From positions 868,001-932,000 of the forward strand of contig BROI01000012.1 of assembly GCA_027923505.1 (NCBI GenBank): 64,000 bases of DNA, given 5' to 3'. Origin of the DNA: Mayamaea pseudoterrestris. Lineage: Eukaryota. Below the pieces are notes generated by a model. It worked only from the letters and a program-made list of their open reading frames with translations. It searched no databases and was not told the origin of the DNA. Of the stretch, positions 1-13,673 are shown piece by piece. A program made the position numbers and the translations under genes. How positions within the stretch are numbered: the first letter of the stretch is position 1; every line of letters starts with the position of its first letter.

Positions 1-3000
1 TTCTGGCTGCGCTACAAGTTGGTATGCCTGGCTAGTGTCTCAGGGGACGGCAATGATATTGGTGACAACTTGTCACCAGTCTCAGCCTGCCGATGCCGTG
101 ACATTCAAACGCCCTACAGCAATACACCAAATGACACAGAATGGTGCCCAACATCATTTTCAGCTGTGCAACAATGGTATCCTGGCTTCTCAAATGTTAA
201 ACATCTCCACAAAGCCCCCATCTGTGGTGCAAATGCAGAATCGTTGCCTATTCAGGCTGCGCTACAAGATGAGTTTCCTGCTTGTCAATGATATTGGTGA
301 CAACATGTAACCGTCTCCCAGCCTGCTACGTGACATTCAAACCCGCCTTAGGTACACCAAAATACACCCAGAATGGTGCCAACATCATTATTCAGGCTGC
401 CCTACAAGATGGTATGCCTGGCTGAGTGTCTCTCAGGGGATGGGGTGTTGGCGACCAACTTGTCACCGTCTCTCAAGCCTCGAATCGTGACATTCACCCA
501 CCGCACGCAATGACACTTCAGAATGGTCCATCATCATATTCGTTAACATGGTATGCTGGTATGGTGTGCTCGGGGATGGCAATGATATTGGTGACAACTT
601 GTGTCACTCCTTCTCGTGCCTGACATTCAAACCCCACAGCCCATGTAGGTACCCAAAAACACACCAGAATGGTGCCAACATCATTATTCAGGCTGCGTAA
701 ATGGTATGCCTGGCTAGTGTGTCAGAGGTGGCAATGATATTGGTGACAACTTGTCCCGTCTCAACCCAGATCCGTACATTCAAACGCTACAAAGCCATGT
801 AGTACACCCAAATGACACCAGAATGGTGCCAACATCTGATTCAGACTGCGCTACAAGATGGTGTATGCCGTAGTGTCTCAGGGGACGGCAATGATAGTGG
901 TAACAACTTGTCTCCAGTCTCCAGCCAGGGATCCGTGACATTCAAACCCCTAAGACAGCCTTTGTACACAAATACACCAGAATGGTGCCAACATCATTTC
1001 ATGCGCTTCGCTCGTTGGGGACGAATGATATTGGTACAACTTGTACGTCTACCTGACATTCAAACCTACACATGTAGTACCAAGAACAAATTGCAACATC
1101 TTATTCAGACTGCGCTACAATGTCCTGGTGTTCTAGAATATAATGGTGACAACTTGTCACTCTCCTGAACCGCCCAGCCATGTATACACCCAAATAACAC
1201 CAAATGTAACATGTTTCGGCTGCTTACAAGATGGTATACCTGGCTAGTGTCTCAGGGGACGGCAATGATATTGGTAACAACTTGTCACCAGTCTCAGCTC
1301 GATGCCGTGACATTCAAACGCCCCTACAACAGGCCTGTTGCCCCAAATACACCAGAATGGTGCCAACATCATTATTCAGGCATGCGCTACAAGATGGTAT
1401 GCCTGGCTGGTGTCTCAGGGGACGAGATATTGGTGACAACTTGTCACCTCTCACACATTCAACGCCCCACGGCCCTGTGTACCCCAAATAACACCAGAAT
1501 GGTGCCAAAATCATTATTCGAGGCTGCGCAACAAATGGTATGCCTGGCTGTGTCTCGGGGGATGTATTGGTGACAACTTCTCCTCCTACACACCCCTACA
1601 GCAGCCATGTATACACCCAAAACAATTCAAATCATTATTCAGGCTGCGCCAACGAGATGGTATGCCTGGCTGGGTGTCTCAGGCGGCAATGATATTGGTG
1701 ACAACTTGTCACGAGTCTCACCTCACCGACATTCAACCCCTCAACAGCCATGTTACACCCAAATGTCACCAGAATGGTCCATCTTGCGTCAAATGTATCC
1801 TGGCTAGTGTCTCAGGGGTTGGCAATGATATTGGTGACAACTTGTCACATCTCGCCCGCAGATCCGTGACACAAACCTGTGCACCGTCTCACCTGCAGAT
1901 CCGTGACATTCAAACACCCTACAGCAGGCCATATATACACCAAATGACACCAGAATGTGCCACATCTATTCGCTGCGCAACAGTTTCTTTCTCAGGGGAC
2001 GGCAATGATATTGGTGACAACTTGTCTCCAGTCCTCAACCTGCAATCCATACATTCAAACCCCCACTGTAGTACACACAAAATACACCAATGGTGCCAAC
2101 ATCATTATTCGGGCTGCGCTACAATGGTATCCTCTCGTAGTGTCTCAGGGGACGGCAATGATATTGGTGACAACTTGTCACCAGTCTCAGCCAGCAGATG
2201 CCATGACATTCAAACGCCCCTACAGCAGGCCACATATACACCCAAATGACACCAGAATGGTGCCAACATCATTATTCAGGGCTGCGCTACAAGATGGTAT
2301 GCCTGGATAGTGTCTCAAGGGACAGCAATGATATTGGTGACAACTTGTCCCCAGTCTCAGCCTGCAGATGCCATGACATTCAAACGCCCCTACAGCAGGC
2401 CATGTATACACCCAAATGACACCAGAATGGTGCCAACATCATTATTCAGGCTGCGCTACAAGATGGTATGCCTGGCTAGTGTCTCGGGGGACGGCAATGA
2501 TATTGGTGACAACTTGTCACCAGTCTCAGCCTGCAGATGCCGTGACATTCAAACACTCCTACAGCAGGCCATGTATACACCCAAATGACATCAGAATGGT
2601 GCCAGTATCAATATTCAGGCTGCGCTACAAGATGGTATGCCTGGCTAGTGTCTCAAGGGACAGCAATGATATTGGTGACAACTTGTCACCAGTCTCAGCC
2701 CGCAGATGCCGTGACATTCAAACACCCCTACAGCAGGCCATGTATACACCCAAATGACACCAGAATGGTGCCAACATCATTATTCAGGCTGCGCTACAAG
2801 ATGGTATGCCTGGCTAGTGTCTCAGGGGACGGCAATGATATTGGTGATGTCACCAGTCTCACCTGCGACGTGACACAACCAAGTGTAACACCCAAATGAC
2901 CCAGAATGGTGCCAACATCTATTCAGACAAGATGGTATGCCTGGCTGTGTCTGGGGACACAATATATTGGTGACACTTATTCATCTCTGATCCTGACATA

Positions 3001-6000
3001 AAACCCACCTTGGGCACCAAATACACCAGAATGTGCCAACATCATTATCTCGCATTGCCTGCTTGTCTCGGGGACGAATATAGTGGTGACAACTTGTCAC
3101 CGTCTCAGTCTTGTGCGCCCTACAAGCCAGGTTACACCCAAATGACACCAGAATGGTGCCAACATCTGTTCCTGCGCTACAAATGGTATGCCTGGCTAGT
3201 GTCTCAGGAGCTGGCAATGTATTGGTGACAACTTGTCACCAGTCTCAGCCTGATGTACAAATTCAAACGCCCTACAGCCGCCAGTACACGAAGTCCAACA
3301 TCATTATTGGTCTACAAGTGTATCCTGTGTGTTCTCGGGACAATGATATTGGTGACTTGTCACTCCTCACCTGAGATCCGTGACATTCAAACGCCCCCGA
3401 CCCTGTGTGCCACACCAGAATGGTGCCAACATCAATTCAGGCTGCGCTTCACAATGGTAATGCCTGAGCTAGTGTCTCGGGACACAATGATGTGGTGACA
3501 ATATCACCCAGTCTCAGCCTGCAGATGCGTGACATTCAGCCTTCCCTACAGCAGGCCATGTATACAGCCAAACAACCTGAATGGTGCCAACATCATTATT
3601 CAGGCTGAGCTGCAAGATGGTATGCCTGGCTGGTGTCTCAGGACGGCAATGATATTGGTGACAGCTTGTCACCAGTCTCCAGCCTAGATGCGACATTCAA
3701 ACCTTTCTGGCGTATGCCCCCCAAAACTGTTCCGGCGTTTGCCAACATATCGTTCAAACTACAGTATTACTGGCTGTGTCTCAGGACGTAATGAGATAGA
3801 TAGCACCAGTACTCGGCCTGCAGATGCGGTGGCATCCATCAATGAGCCATAATATACTGATAGCGCCGAATGGTGCCAACGTCAGTTCTTCAGGCTTGCG
3901 CAACGGATGGTATGCCTGGCTAGTGTCTCCGTGATAATGGTGACAGCATTCACTGATCTCAGCCTACCAGAATCTGATATTCAAACACCATGACTATACT
4001 CCAAATGACACCAGAATGGTGCCAACATCATTATTCAGGCTGCTGCACATAGCATGCCTGGCTAGTGTCTCAGGGGACGGCATTCATATTGTGACAACTT
4101 GTCACCAGTCTCAGCCTGCAGATGCCGTGACATTCAAACAACCCTACAGCAGGCCATGTATACTCCCAAATGACACCAGAATGGTGCCAACATCATTTTT
4201 CAGGCTGCGCTACAAGATGGTATGCCTGGATAGTGTCTCAAGGGACAGCAATGATATTGGTGACAACTTGTCACCAGTCTCAGCCCGCAGATGCCATAAC
4301 ATTCAAACACACCTTCAGCAGGCTATGTATACACCCAAATGACACCAGAATGGTGCCAACATCATTATTCAGGCTGCGCTACAAGATAGTATGCCTGGCT
4401 AGTGTCTCAGGGGACGACAATGATATTGGTGACAACTTGTCACCAGTCTCAGCCTGCGGATGCCGTGACATTCAAACACCCCTACAGCAGGCCATGACTA
4501 TACACCCAAATGACACCAGAATGGTGCCAACATCATTATTCAGGCTGCGCTACAAGATGGTATGCCTGGCTAGAGCCCCAGGGGACGGTAATGATATTGG
4601 TGACAACTTGTCACCAGTCTCAGCCTGCAGATGCCGTGACATTCAAACAACCCTACAGCAGGCTATGTAACACCAAATACACCAGAATGGTGCAACATCA
4701 TTATTCAGGCTGCGCTACAAGATGGTATGCCTGGCAAGTGTCTCAGGGGACAGCAATGATTTTGGTGACAACTTGTCACCACTCTCCGCCTGCAGATGCC
4801 GTGACATTCAAACGCCCCTACAGCAGGCCATGTATACTCCCAAATGACACCAGAATGGTGCCAACATCATTATTCAGGCGCGCCACAAGATGGTAGCGGT
4901 GGCAAGTGCCCAGGGGACGGCAATTGATATTGGTGACAACTTGTCACCAGTCTCAGGCCCCGAGTGACATTCAAACCACCCCCTACAGCAGGCCATGACT
5001 ATACCCAAATGACACCACAGAATGGTGCCAACATCATTATTCAGGCTGTGCCACAAGATGGTATGCCTGGCTAGTGTCTCAGGGGACGGCAACGATAATG
5101 GTGACAACTTGTCACCAGTCAGCCTGCAGATGCCGTGACATTCAAACAACACCTACAGCAGGCCATGTACAACACCCAAATGACACCAGAATGGTGCCAA
5201 CATCAGTGTTCAGGCTGCGCCACAAGATGGTATGCCTGGCAAGTGTCTCAGGGGACAGCAATGATATTGGTGACAACTTGTCACCACCCTCAGCCCGCGA
5301 GATGCCGTGACATTCAAACGCCCTACAGCAGGCCAGTGAATACTCCAAATGACACCAGAAAGGTGCCAACATCATTATTCAGGCTGCGCTACAAGATAGT
5401 ATGCCTGAGCTAGTGACTCAGGGACGGTAATGATATTGGCGACAACTTGTCACCAGTCTCAGCCTGCAGATGCCGTGACATTCAAACACCCCTACAGCAG
5501 GCCATGTATACACCCAAATGACACCAGAATGGTGCCAACATCATTATTCAGGCTGCGCTACAAGATGGTATGCCTGGCTAGTGTCTCAGAGGACGGCAAT
5601 GATATTGGTGACAACTTGTCACCAGTCTCAGCCTGCAGATGCCGTGACATTCAAACGCCCTTTCAGCAGGCCATGAATATATCCAAATGACACCAGAATG
5701 GTGCCAACATCATTATTCAGGCTGCGCTACAAGATGGTATGCCTGGCTAGTGTCTCAGGGGATGGCAATGATATTGGTGACAACTTGTCACCAGTCTCAG
5801 CCTGCAGATGCCGTGACATTCAAACACCCCTTCAGCAGGCCATGTATACACCCAAATGACACCAGAATGGTGCCAACATCATTATTCAGGCTGCGCTACA
5901 AGATGGTATGCCCTGGCTAGTGTCTCAGGGGACGGCAATGATATTGGTGACAACTTGTCACCAGTCTCAGCCTGCAGATGCCGTGACATTCAAACGCCCC

Positions 6001-9000
6001 TACAGCAGGCCATGTATACACCCAAATGACACCAGAATGGTGCCAACATCATTATTCAGGCTGCGCTACAAGATGGTATGCCTGGCTAGTGTCTCAGGGG
6101 ACGGCAATGATATTGGTGACAACTTGTCACCAGTCTCAGCCTGCGGATGCCGTGACATTCAAACACCCCTACAGCAGGCCATGACTATACACCCAAATGA
6201 CACCAGAATGGTGCCAACATCATTATTCAGGCTGCGCTACAAGATGGTATGCCTGGCTAGTGTCTCAGGGGACGGCAATGATATTGGTGACAACTTGTCA
6301 CCAGTCTCAGCCCGCGGATGCCGTGACATTCAAACACCCCTACAGCAGGCCATGACTATACCCAAATGACACCAGAATGGTGCCAACATCATTATTCAGG
6401 CTGCGCTACAAGATGGTATGCCTGGCTAGTGTCTCAGGGGACGGCAATGATATTGGTGACAACTTGTCACCAGTCTCAGCCCGCGGATGCCGTGACATTC
6501 AAACGCCCCTACAGCAGGCCATGTATACACCCAAATGACACCAGAATGGTGCCAACATCATTATTCAGGCTGCGCTACAAGATAGTATGCCTGGCTAGTG
6601 TCTCAGGGGACGGCAATGATATTGGTGACAACTTGTCACCAGTCTCAGCCTGCAGATGCCATGACATTCAAACACCCCTACAGCAGGCCATGTATACACC
6701 CAAATGAGACCAGAATTGTGCCAACATCATTATTCAGGCTGCGCTACAAGATGGTATGCCTGGCTAGTGTCTCAGGGGACAGCAATGATATTGGTGACAA
6801 CTTGTCACCAGTCTCAGCCTGCAGATGCCATGACATTCAAATGCCCCTACAGCAGGCTATGTATACACCCAAATGACACCAGAATGGTGCCAACATCATT
6901 ATTCAGGCTGCGCTACAAGATGGTATGCCTGGCTAGTGTCTCAGGGGACGGCAATGATATTGGTGACAACTTGTCACCAGTCTCAGCCCGCGGATGCCGT
7001 GAGATTTAAACGCCCCTATAGCAGGCTATGTATACACCCAAATGACACTAGAATGGTGCAAACTTCATTATTCCGGCTGCGCTACAAGATGGTATGCCTG
7101 GCTAGTGTCTCAGGGGACGGCAATGATATTGTTGACAACCTGTCACCAGTCTTAGCCCGCGGATGCTGTGACATTCAAACACCCCTACAGCAGGCCATGA
7201 CTATACCCAAATGACACCAGAATGGTGCCAACATCATTATTCAGGCTGCGCTACAAGATGGTATGCCTGGCTAGTGTCTCAGGGGTTGGCAATGTATTTG
7301 GTGACAACTTGTCACCAGTCTCAGCCCGCGGATGCCGTGACATTCAAACACCCCTACAGCAGGCCATGACTATACCCAAATGACACCAGAATGGTGCCAA
7401 CATCATTATTCAGGCTGCGCTACAAGATAGTATGCCTGGCTAGTGTCTCAGGGGACGGCAATGATATTGGTGACAACTTGTCACCAGTCTCAGCCTGCAG
7501 ATGCCGTGATATTCAAACACCCCTACAGCAGGCCATGTATACACCCAAATGAGACCAGAATTGTGCCAACATCATTATTCAGGCTGCGCTACAAGATGGT
7601 ATGCCTAACTAGTGTCTCAGGGGATGGCAATGATATTGGTGACAACTTGTCACCAGTCTCAGCCTGCAGATGCCATGACATTCAAACACACCTTCAGCAG
7701 GCCATGTATACACCCAAATGACACCAGAATGGTGCCAACATCATTATTCAGGCTGCGCTACAAGATGGTATGCCTGGCTAGTGTCTCAGGGGACGGCAAT
7801 GATATTGGTGACAACTTGTCACCAGTCTCAGCCTGCAGATGCCGTGACATTCAAACGCCCCTACAGCAGGCTATGTATACACCCAAATGACACCAGAATG
7901 GTGCCAACATCATTATTCAGGCTGCGCTACAAGATGGTATGCCTGGCTAGTGTCTCAGGGGACAGCAATGATATTGGTGACAACTTGTCACCAGTCTCAG
8001 CCCGCGGATGCCGTGACATTCAAACGCCCCTACAGCAGGCCATGTATACACCCAAATGACACCAGAATGGTGCCAACATCATTATTCAGGCTGCGCTACA
8101 AGATGGTATGCCTGGCTAGTGTCTCAGGGGACGGCAATGATATTGGTGACAACTTGTCACCAGTCTCAGCCTGCAGATGCCGTGACATTCAAACACCCCT
8201 ACAGCAGGCCATGTATACACCCAAATGACACCAGAATGGTGCCAACATCATTATTCAGGCTGCGCTACAAGATGGTATGCCTGGCTAGTGTCTCAGGGGA
8301 CAGCAATGATATTGGTGACAACTTGTCACCAGTCTCAGCCTGCAGATGCCATGACATTCAAATGCCCCTACAGCAGGCCATGTATACACCCAAATGACAC
8401 CAGAATGGTGCCAACATTATTATTCAGGCTGCGCTACAAGATGGTATGCCTGGCTAGTGTCTCAGGGGACGGCAATGATATTGGTGACAACTTGTCACCA
8501 GTCTCAGCCCGCGGATGCCGTGAGATTTAAACGCCCCTATAGCAGGCTATGTATACACCCAAATGACACTAGAATGGTGCAACCTTCATTATTCAGGCTG
8601 TGCTACAAGATGGTATGCCTGGCTAGTGTCTCAGGGGACGGCAATGATATTGTTGACAACTTGTCACCAGTCTCAGCCCGCGGATGCCGTGACATTCAAA
8701 CACCCCTACAGCAGGCCATGACTATACCCAAATGACACCAGAATGGTGCCAACATCATTATTCAGGCTGCGCTACAAGATGGTATGCCTGGCTAGTGTCT
8801 CAGGGGTTGGCAATGTATTTGGTGACAACTTGTCACCAGTCTCAGCCTGCGGATGCCGTGACATTCAAACGCCCCTACAGCAGGCCATGACTATACCCAA
8901 ATGACACCAGAATGGTGCCAACATCATTATTCAGGCTGCGCTACAAGATGGTATGCCTGGCTAGTGTCTCAGGGGACGGCAATGATATTGGTGACAACTT

Positions 9001-12000
9001 GTCACCAGTCTCAGCCTGCAGATGCCGTGATATTCAAACACCCCTACAGCAGGCCATGTATACACCCAAATGAGACAAGAATTGTGCCAACATCATTATT
9101 CAGGCTGCGCTACAAGATGGTATGCCTAACTAGTGTCTCAGGGGACGGCAATGATATTGGTGACAACTTGTCACCAGTCTCAGCCTGCAGATGCCGTGAC
9201 ATTCAAACGCCCCTTCAGCAGGCCATGTATACACCCAAATGACACCAGAATGGTGCCAACATCATTATTCAGGCTGCGCTACAAGATGGTATGCCTGGCT
9301 AGTGTCTCAGGGGACGGCAATGATATTGGTGACAACTTGTCACCAGTCTCAGCCTGCGGATGCCATGACATTCAAACACACCTTCAGCAGGCCATGTATA
9401 CACCCAAATGACACCAGAATGGTGCCAACATCATTATTCAGGCTGCGCTACAAGATGGTATGCCTGGCTAGTGTCTCAGGGGACAGCAATGATATTGGTG
9501 ACAACTTGTCACCAGTCTCAGCCTGCAGATGCCGTGACATTCAAACGCCCCTACAGCAGGCCATGTATACACCCAAATGACACCAGAATGGTGCCAACAT
9601 CATTATTCAGGCTGCGCTACAAGATGGTATGCCTGGCTAGTGTCTCAGGGGATGCAATGATATTGGTGACAACTTGTCACCAGTCTCAGCCCGCGGATGC
9701 CGTGAGATTTAAACGCCCCTATAGCAGGCTATGTATACACCCAAACGACACTAGAATGGTGCCAACATCATTATTCAGGCTGCGCTACAAGATGGTATGC
9801 CTGGCTAGTGTCTCAGGGGTTGGCAATGTATCAGGTGACAACTTGTCACCAGTCTCAGCCTGCAGATGCCATGACATTCAAACACACCTTCAGCAGGCCA
9901 TGTATACACCAAAATTACACCAGAATGGTGCCAACATCATTATTCAGGCTGCGCTACAAGATGGTATGCCTGGCTTGTGTCTCAGGGGACTGCAATGATA
10001 TTGGTGACAACTTGTCACCAGTCTCAGCCCGCGGATGCCGTGAGATTTAAACGCCCCTATAGCAGGCTATGTATACACCCAAATGACACCAGAATGGTGC
10101 CAACATCATTATTCAGGCTGCGCTACAAGATGGTAGGCTTGGCTGGTGTCTCAGGGGTTGGCAATGTATCTGGTGACAACTTGTCACCAGTCTCAGCCCG
10201 CGGAACCGTGACATTCAAACGCCCCTACAGCAGGCCATGACTATACTTAAATGACACCAGAATGGTGCCAACATCATTATTCAGGCTGCGCTACAAGATG
10301 GTATGCCTGGCTAGTGTCTCAGGGGACGGCAATGATATTGGTGACAACTTGTCACCAGTCTCAGCCTGCAGATGCCGTGACATTCAAACAACCCTACAGC
10401 AGGCCATGTATACACCCAAATGACACCAGAATGGTGCCAACTTCATTATTCAGGCTGCGCTACAAGATGGTATGCCTGGCTAGTGTCTCAGGGGACGGCA
10501 ATGATATTGGTGACAACTTGTCACCAGTCTCAGCCTGCAGATGCCATGACATTCAAACACACCTTCAGCAGGCCATGTATACACCCAAATGACACCAGAA
10601 TGGTGCCAACATCATTATTCAGGCTGCGCTACAAGATGGTATGCCTGGCAAGTGTCTCAGGGGACAGCAATGATATTGGTGACAACTTGTCACCACTCTC
10701 AGCCTGCAGATGCTGTGACATTCAAACGCCCCTACAGCAGGCTATGTATACACCCAAATGACACCAGAATGGTGCCAACATCATTATTCAGGCTGCGCTA
10801 AAAGATGGTATGCCTGGCTAGTGTCTCAGGGGACTGCAATGATATTGGTGATAACTTGTCACCAGTCTCAGCCTACAGATGCCGTGACATTCAAACGCCC
10901 CTACAGCAGGCCATGTATACACCCAAATGACACCAGAATGGTGCCAACATCATTATTCAGGCTGCGCTACAAGATGGTATGCCAGGATAGTGTCTCAGGG
11001 GATGGCAATGGTATTGGTGACAACTTGTCACTAGTCTCAGTCTGCAGATGCCGTGACATTCAAACAACCCTACAGCAGGCTATGTATACACCCAAATGAC
11101 ACCAGAATGGTGCCAACATCATTATTCAGGCTGCGCTACAAGATGGTATGCCTGGCTAGTGTCTCAGGGGATGGCAATGATATTGGTGACAACTTGTCAC
11201 CAGTCTCAGCCTGCAGATGCCATGACATTCAAACACACCTTCAGCAGGCCATGTATACACCCAAATGACACCAGAATGGTGCCAACATCATTATTCTCAG
11301 GGGATGGCAATGATATTGGTGACAACTTGTCACCAGTCTCAGCCTGCAGATGCCATGACATTCAAACACACCTTCAGCAGGCCATGTATACACCCAAATG
11401 ACACCAGAATGGTGCCAACATCATTATTCAGGCTGCGCTACAAGATGGTATGCCTGGCAAGTGTCTCAGGGGACAGCAATGATTTTGGTGACAACTTGTC
11501 ACCACTCTCAGCCTGCAGATGCCGTGACATTCAAACACCCCTTCGACAGGCCATGTATACACCCAAATGACACCAGAATGGTGCCAACATTAGTATTCAG
11601 GCTGCGCTACAAGCTGGTATGCCTGGATAGTGTCTCAAGGGACAGCAATGATATTGGTGACAACTTGTCACCAGTCTCAGCCTGTAGATGTCGTGACATT
11701 CAACGCCCCTTCGACAGGCCATGTATACACCCAAATGACACCAGATTGGTGCCAACATCAGTATTCAGGCTGCGCTACAAGATGGTATGCCTGGATAGTG
11801 TCTCACGGGACAGCAATGATATTGGTGACAACTTGTCACCAGTCTCATCCCGCGGATGCCGTGACATTCAAATGCCCCTACAGCAGGCCATGACTATACC
11901 CAAATGACACCAGAATGGTGCCAACATCATTTTTCAGGCTGAGCTACAAGATAGTATGCCTGGCTAGTGTCTCAGGGGACGGCAATGATATTGGTGACAA

Positions 12001-13144
12001 CTTGTCACCAGTCTCAGCCTGCAGATGCCGTAATATTCAAACACCCCTACAACAGGCCATGTATACACCCAAACGAGACCAGAATTGTGCCAACATCATT
12101 ATTCAGGCTGCGCTAAAAGATGGTATGCCTAACTAGTGTCTCAGGGGACGGCAATGATATTGGTGACAACTTGTCACCAGTCTCAGCCTGCGGATGCCGT
12201 GACATTCAAACACCCCTACAGCAGGCCATGTATACACCCAAATGACACCAGAATGGTGCCAACATCATTATTCAGGCTGCGCTACAAGATGGTATGCCTG
12301 GCTAGTGTCTCAGGGGATGGCAATGGTATTGGTGACAACTTGTCACCAGTCTCAGCCTGCAGATGCCGTGACATTCAAACACCCCTACAGCAGGCCATGT
12401 ATACACCCAAATGACACCAGAATGGTGCCAACATCATTATTCAGGCTGCGCTACAAGATGGTAGGCTTGGCTGGTGTCTCAGGGGTTGGCAATGTATTTG
12501 GTGACAACTTGTCACCAGTCTCAGCCTGCAGATGCCCTGGCATTCAAACACACATACAGCAGGCCCTGTAGGCTGGGGATGGCAATGTATTTGGTGACAA
12601 CTTGTCACCAGTCTCTACGGATGCCATGACATTCAAACACACCTACAGCAGGCCCGGTAGGTTCCCAAAATACACCAAAATGGTGCCAACATCATTATTT
12701 CAGCTGCGCTACAAGATGGTAGGCTTGGCTGGTGTCACAGGGGATGGCAATGTTTTTGGTGACAATTTGTCACCAGTCTCAGCCCGCAGATGCCATGACA
12801 TTCAAACACACCTACAGCAAGCTCTGTAGGTGCCCAAACTACACCAGAATGGTGCCAACATCCTTTTCAGGCTGCGCTACAAGATGGTATGCCTGGATAG
12901 TGTCTCAAGGGACAGCAATGATATTGGTGACAACTAGTCACCAATCTCAGCCCGCAGATGCCGTGACATTCCAATCCAACTACAGCAGTCCCTGTAGGTG
13001 CCCAAATTACACCAGAATGGTTCCAACATTGGTTTTGAGGCTGCACTACAAGATGGTAAGCTTGGCTGGTGTCTCAGGAGATGGCAATGTATTTGGTGAA
13101 TAGCAGGTATGCAACAGAAAGTAGTATCACTATGCCGTTAAAAG

Positions 13145-13203
13145 TAGCGCACCTCGGAATCGAACCAAGGATAACCGGCTATATCACCTCTAAACACGCT
13201 GCT
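13145..13203 (-). ncRNA. tRNA-like Pol III module within the LTR (copy 1)
   Basis: The minus strand reads AGCAGCGTGTTTAGAGGTGATATAGCCGGTTATCCTTGGTTCGATTCCGAGGTGCGCTA, followed by CTTTT. It has a perfect B box GGTTCGATTCC in a T-arm (CTTGG/CCGAG), an A-box-like TGTTTAGAGG, a truncated anticodon arm and a T4 terminator. Confidence 0.7.
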
Positions 13204-13614
13204 ACTTTTCCGTCTGCTAGTGTACTATATGCTGCATACAAGGCACCATGCACTATGACAAGTAAAGGTATCGCTCTGGTTGCTGTTTTTCGTGTGCAAC
13301 CTGCTACTCCCCTAGCTTTGCGCGTCATAGTGCTAACTCGTCTTCCGTTTCAGCTGGCATTTTCGTCTCGCGGGGGAATGTCACTTTTCAGTTTTTCCTG
13401 CGGCGTTTCGGGCTCGGCGCATCTTTGTGCACTCCCCAGGGTCCGCGACTCCCCATCGTTCGTTCGTGACAAACCCGTGCAACCAGTGAATTTTTGCTTT
13501 TTCTTCGCTTGATTCGATCGCAACTCGAACCAGCAGCCTCAGTCCAGATCTCTCGATAGGGACGCTACCATAGCAGGTATGCAACAGAAAGTAGTATCAC
13601 TATGCCGTTAAAAG

Positions 13615-13673
13615 TAGCGCACCTCGGAATCGAACCAAGGATAACCGGCTATATCACCTCTAAACACGCTGCT
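13615..13673 (-). ncRNA. tRNA-like Pol III module within the LTR (copy 2)
   Basis: Identical to copy 1, shifted by 470 bp. Confidence 0.7.

Noticed and set aside
1..4000. Apparently ancient, highly degenerate satellite zone
   Set aside because: Divergence is dominated by scattered small deletions that differ in every copy, as expected from low-coverage long-read consensus near a contig end. It cannot be treated as biological without reads.
13145..13203. Functional tRNA gene in the LTR
   Set aside because: Only ~59 nt, with no 7-nt anticodon loop and an imperfect acceptor stem. It is called tRNA-like instead.
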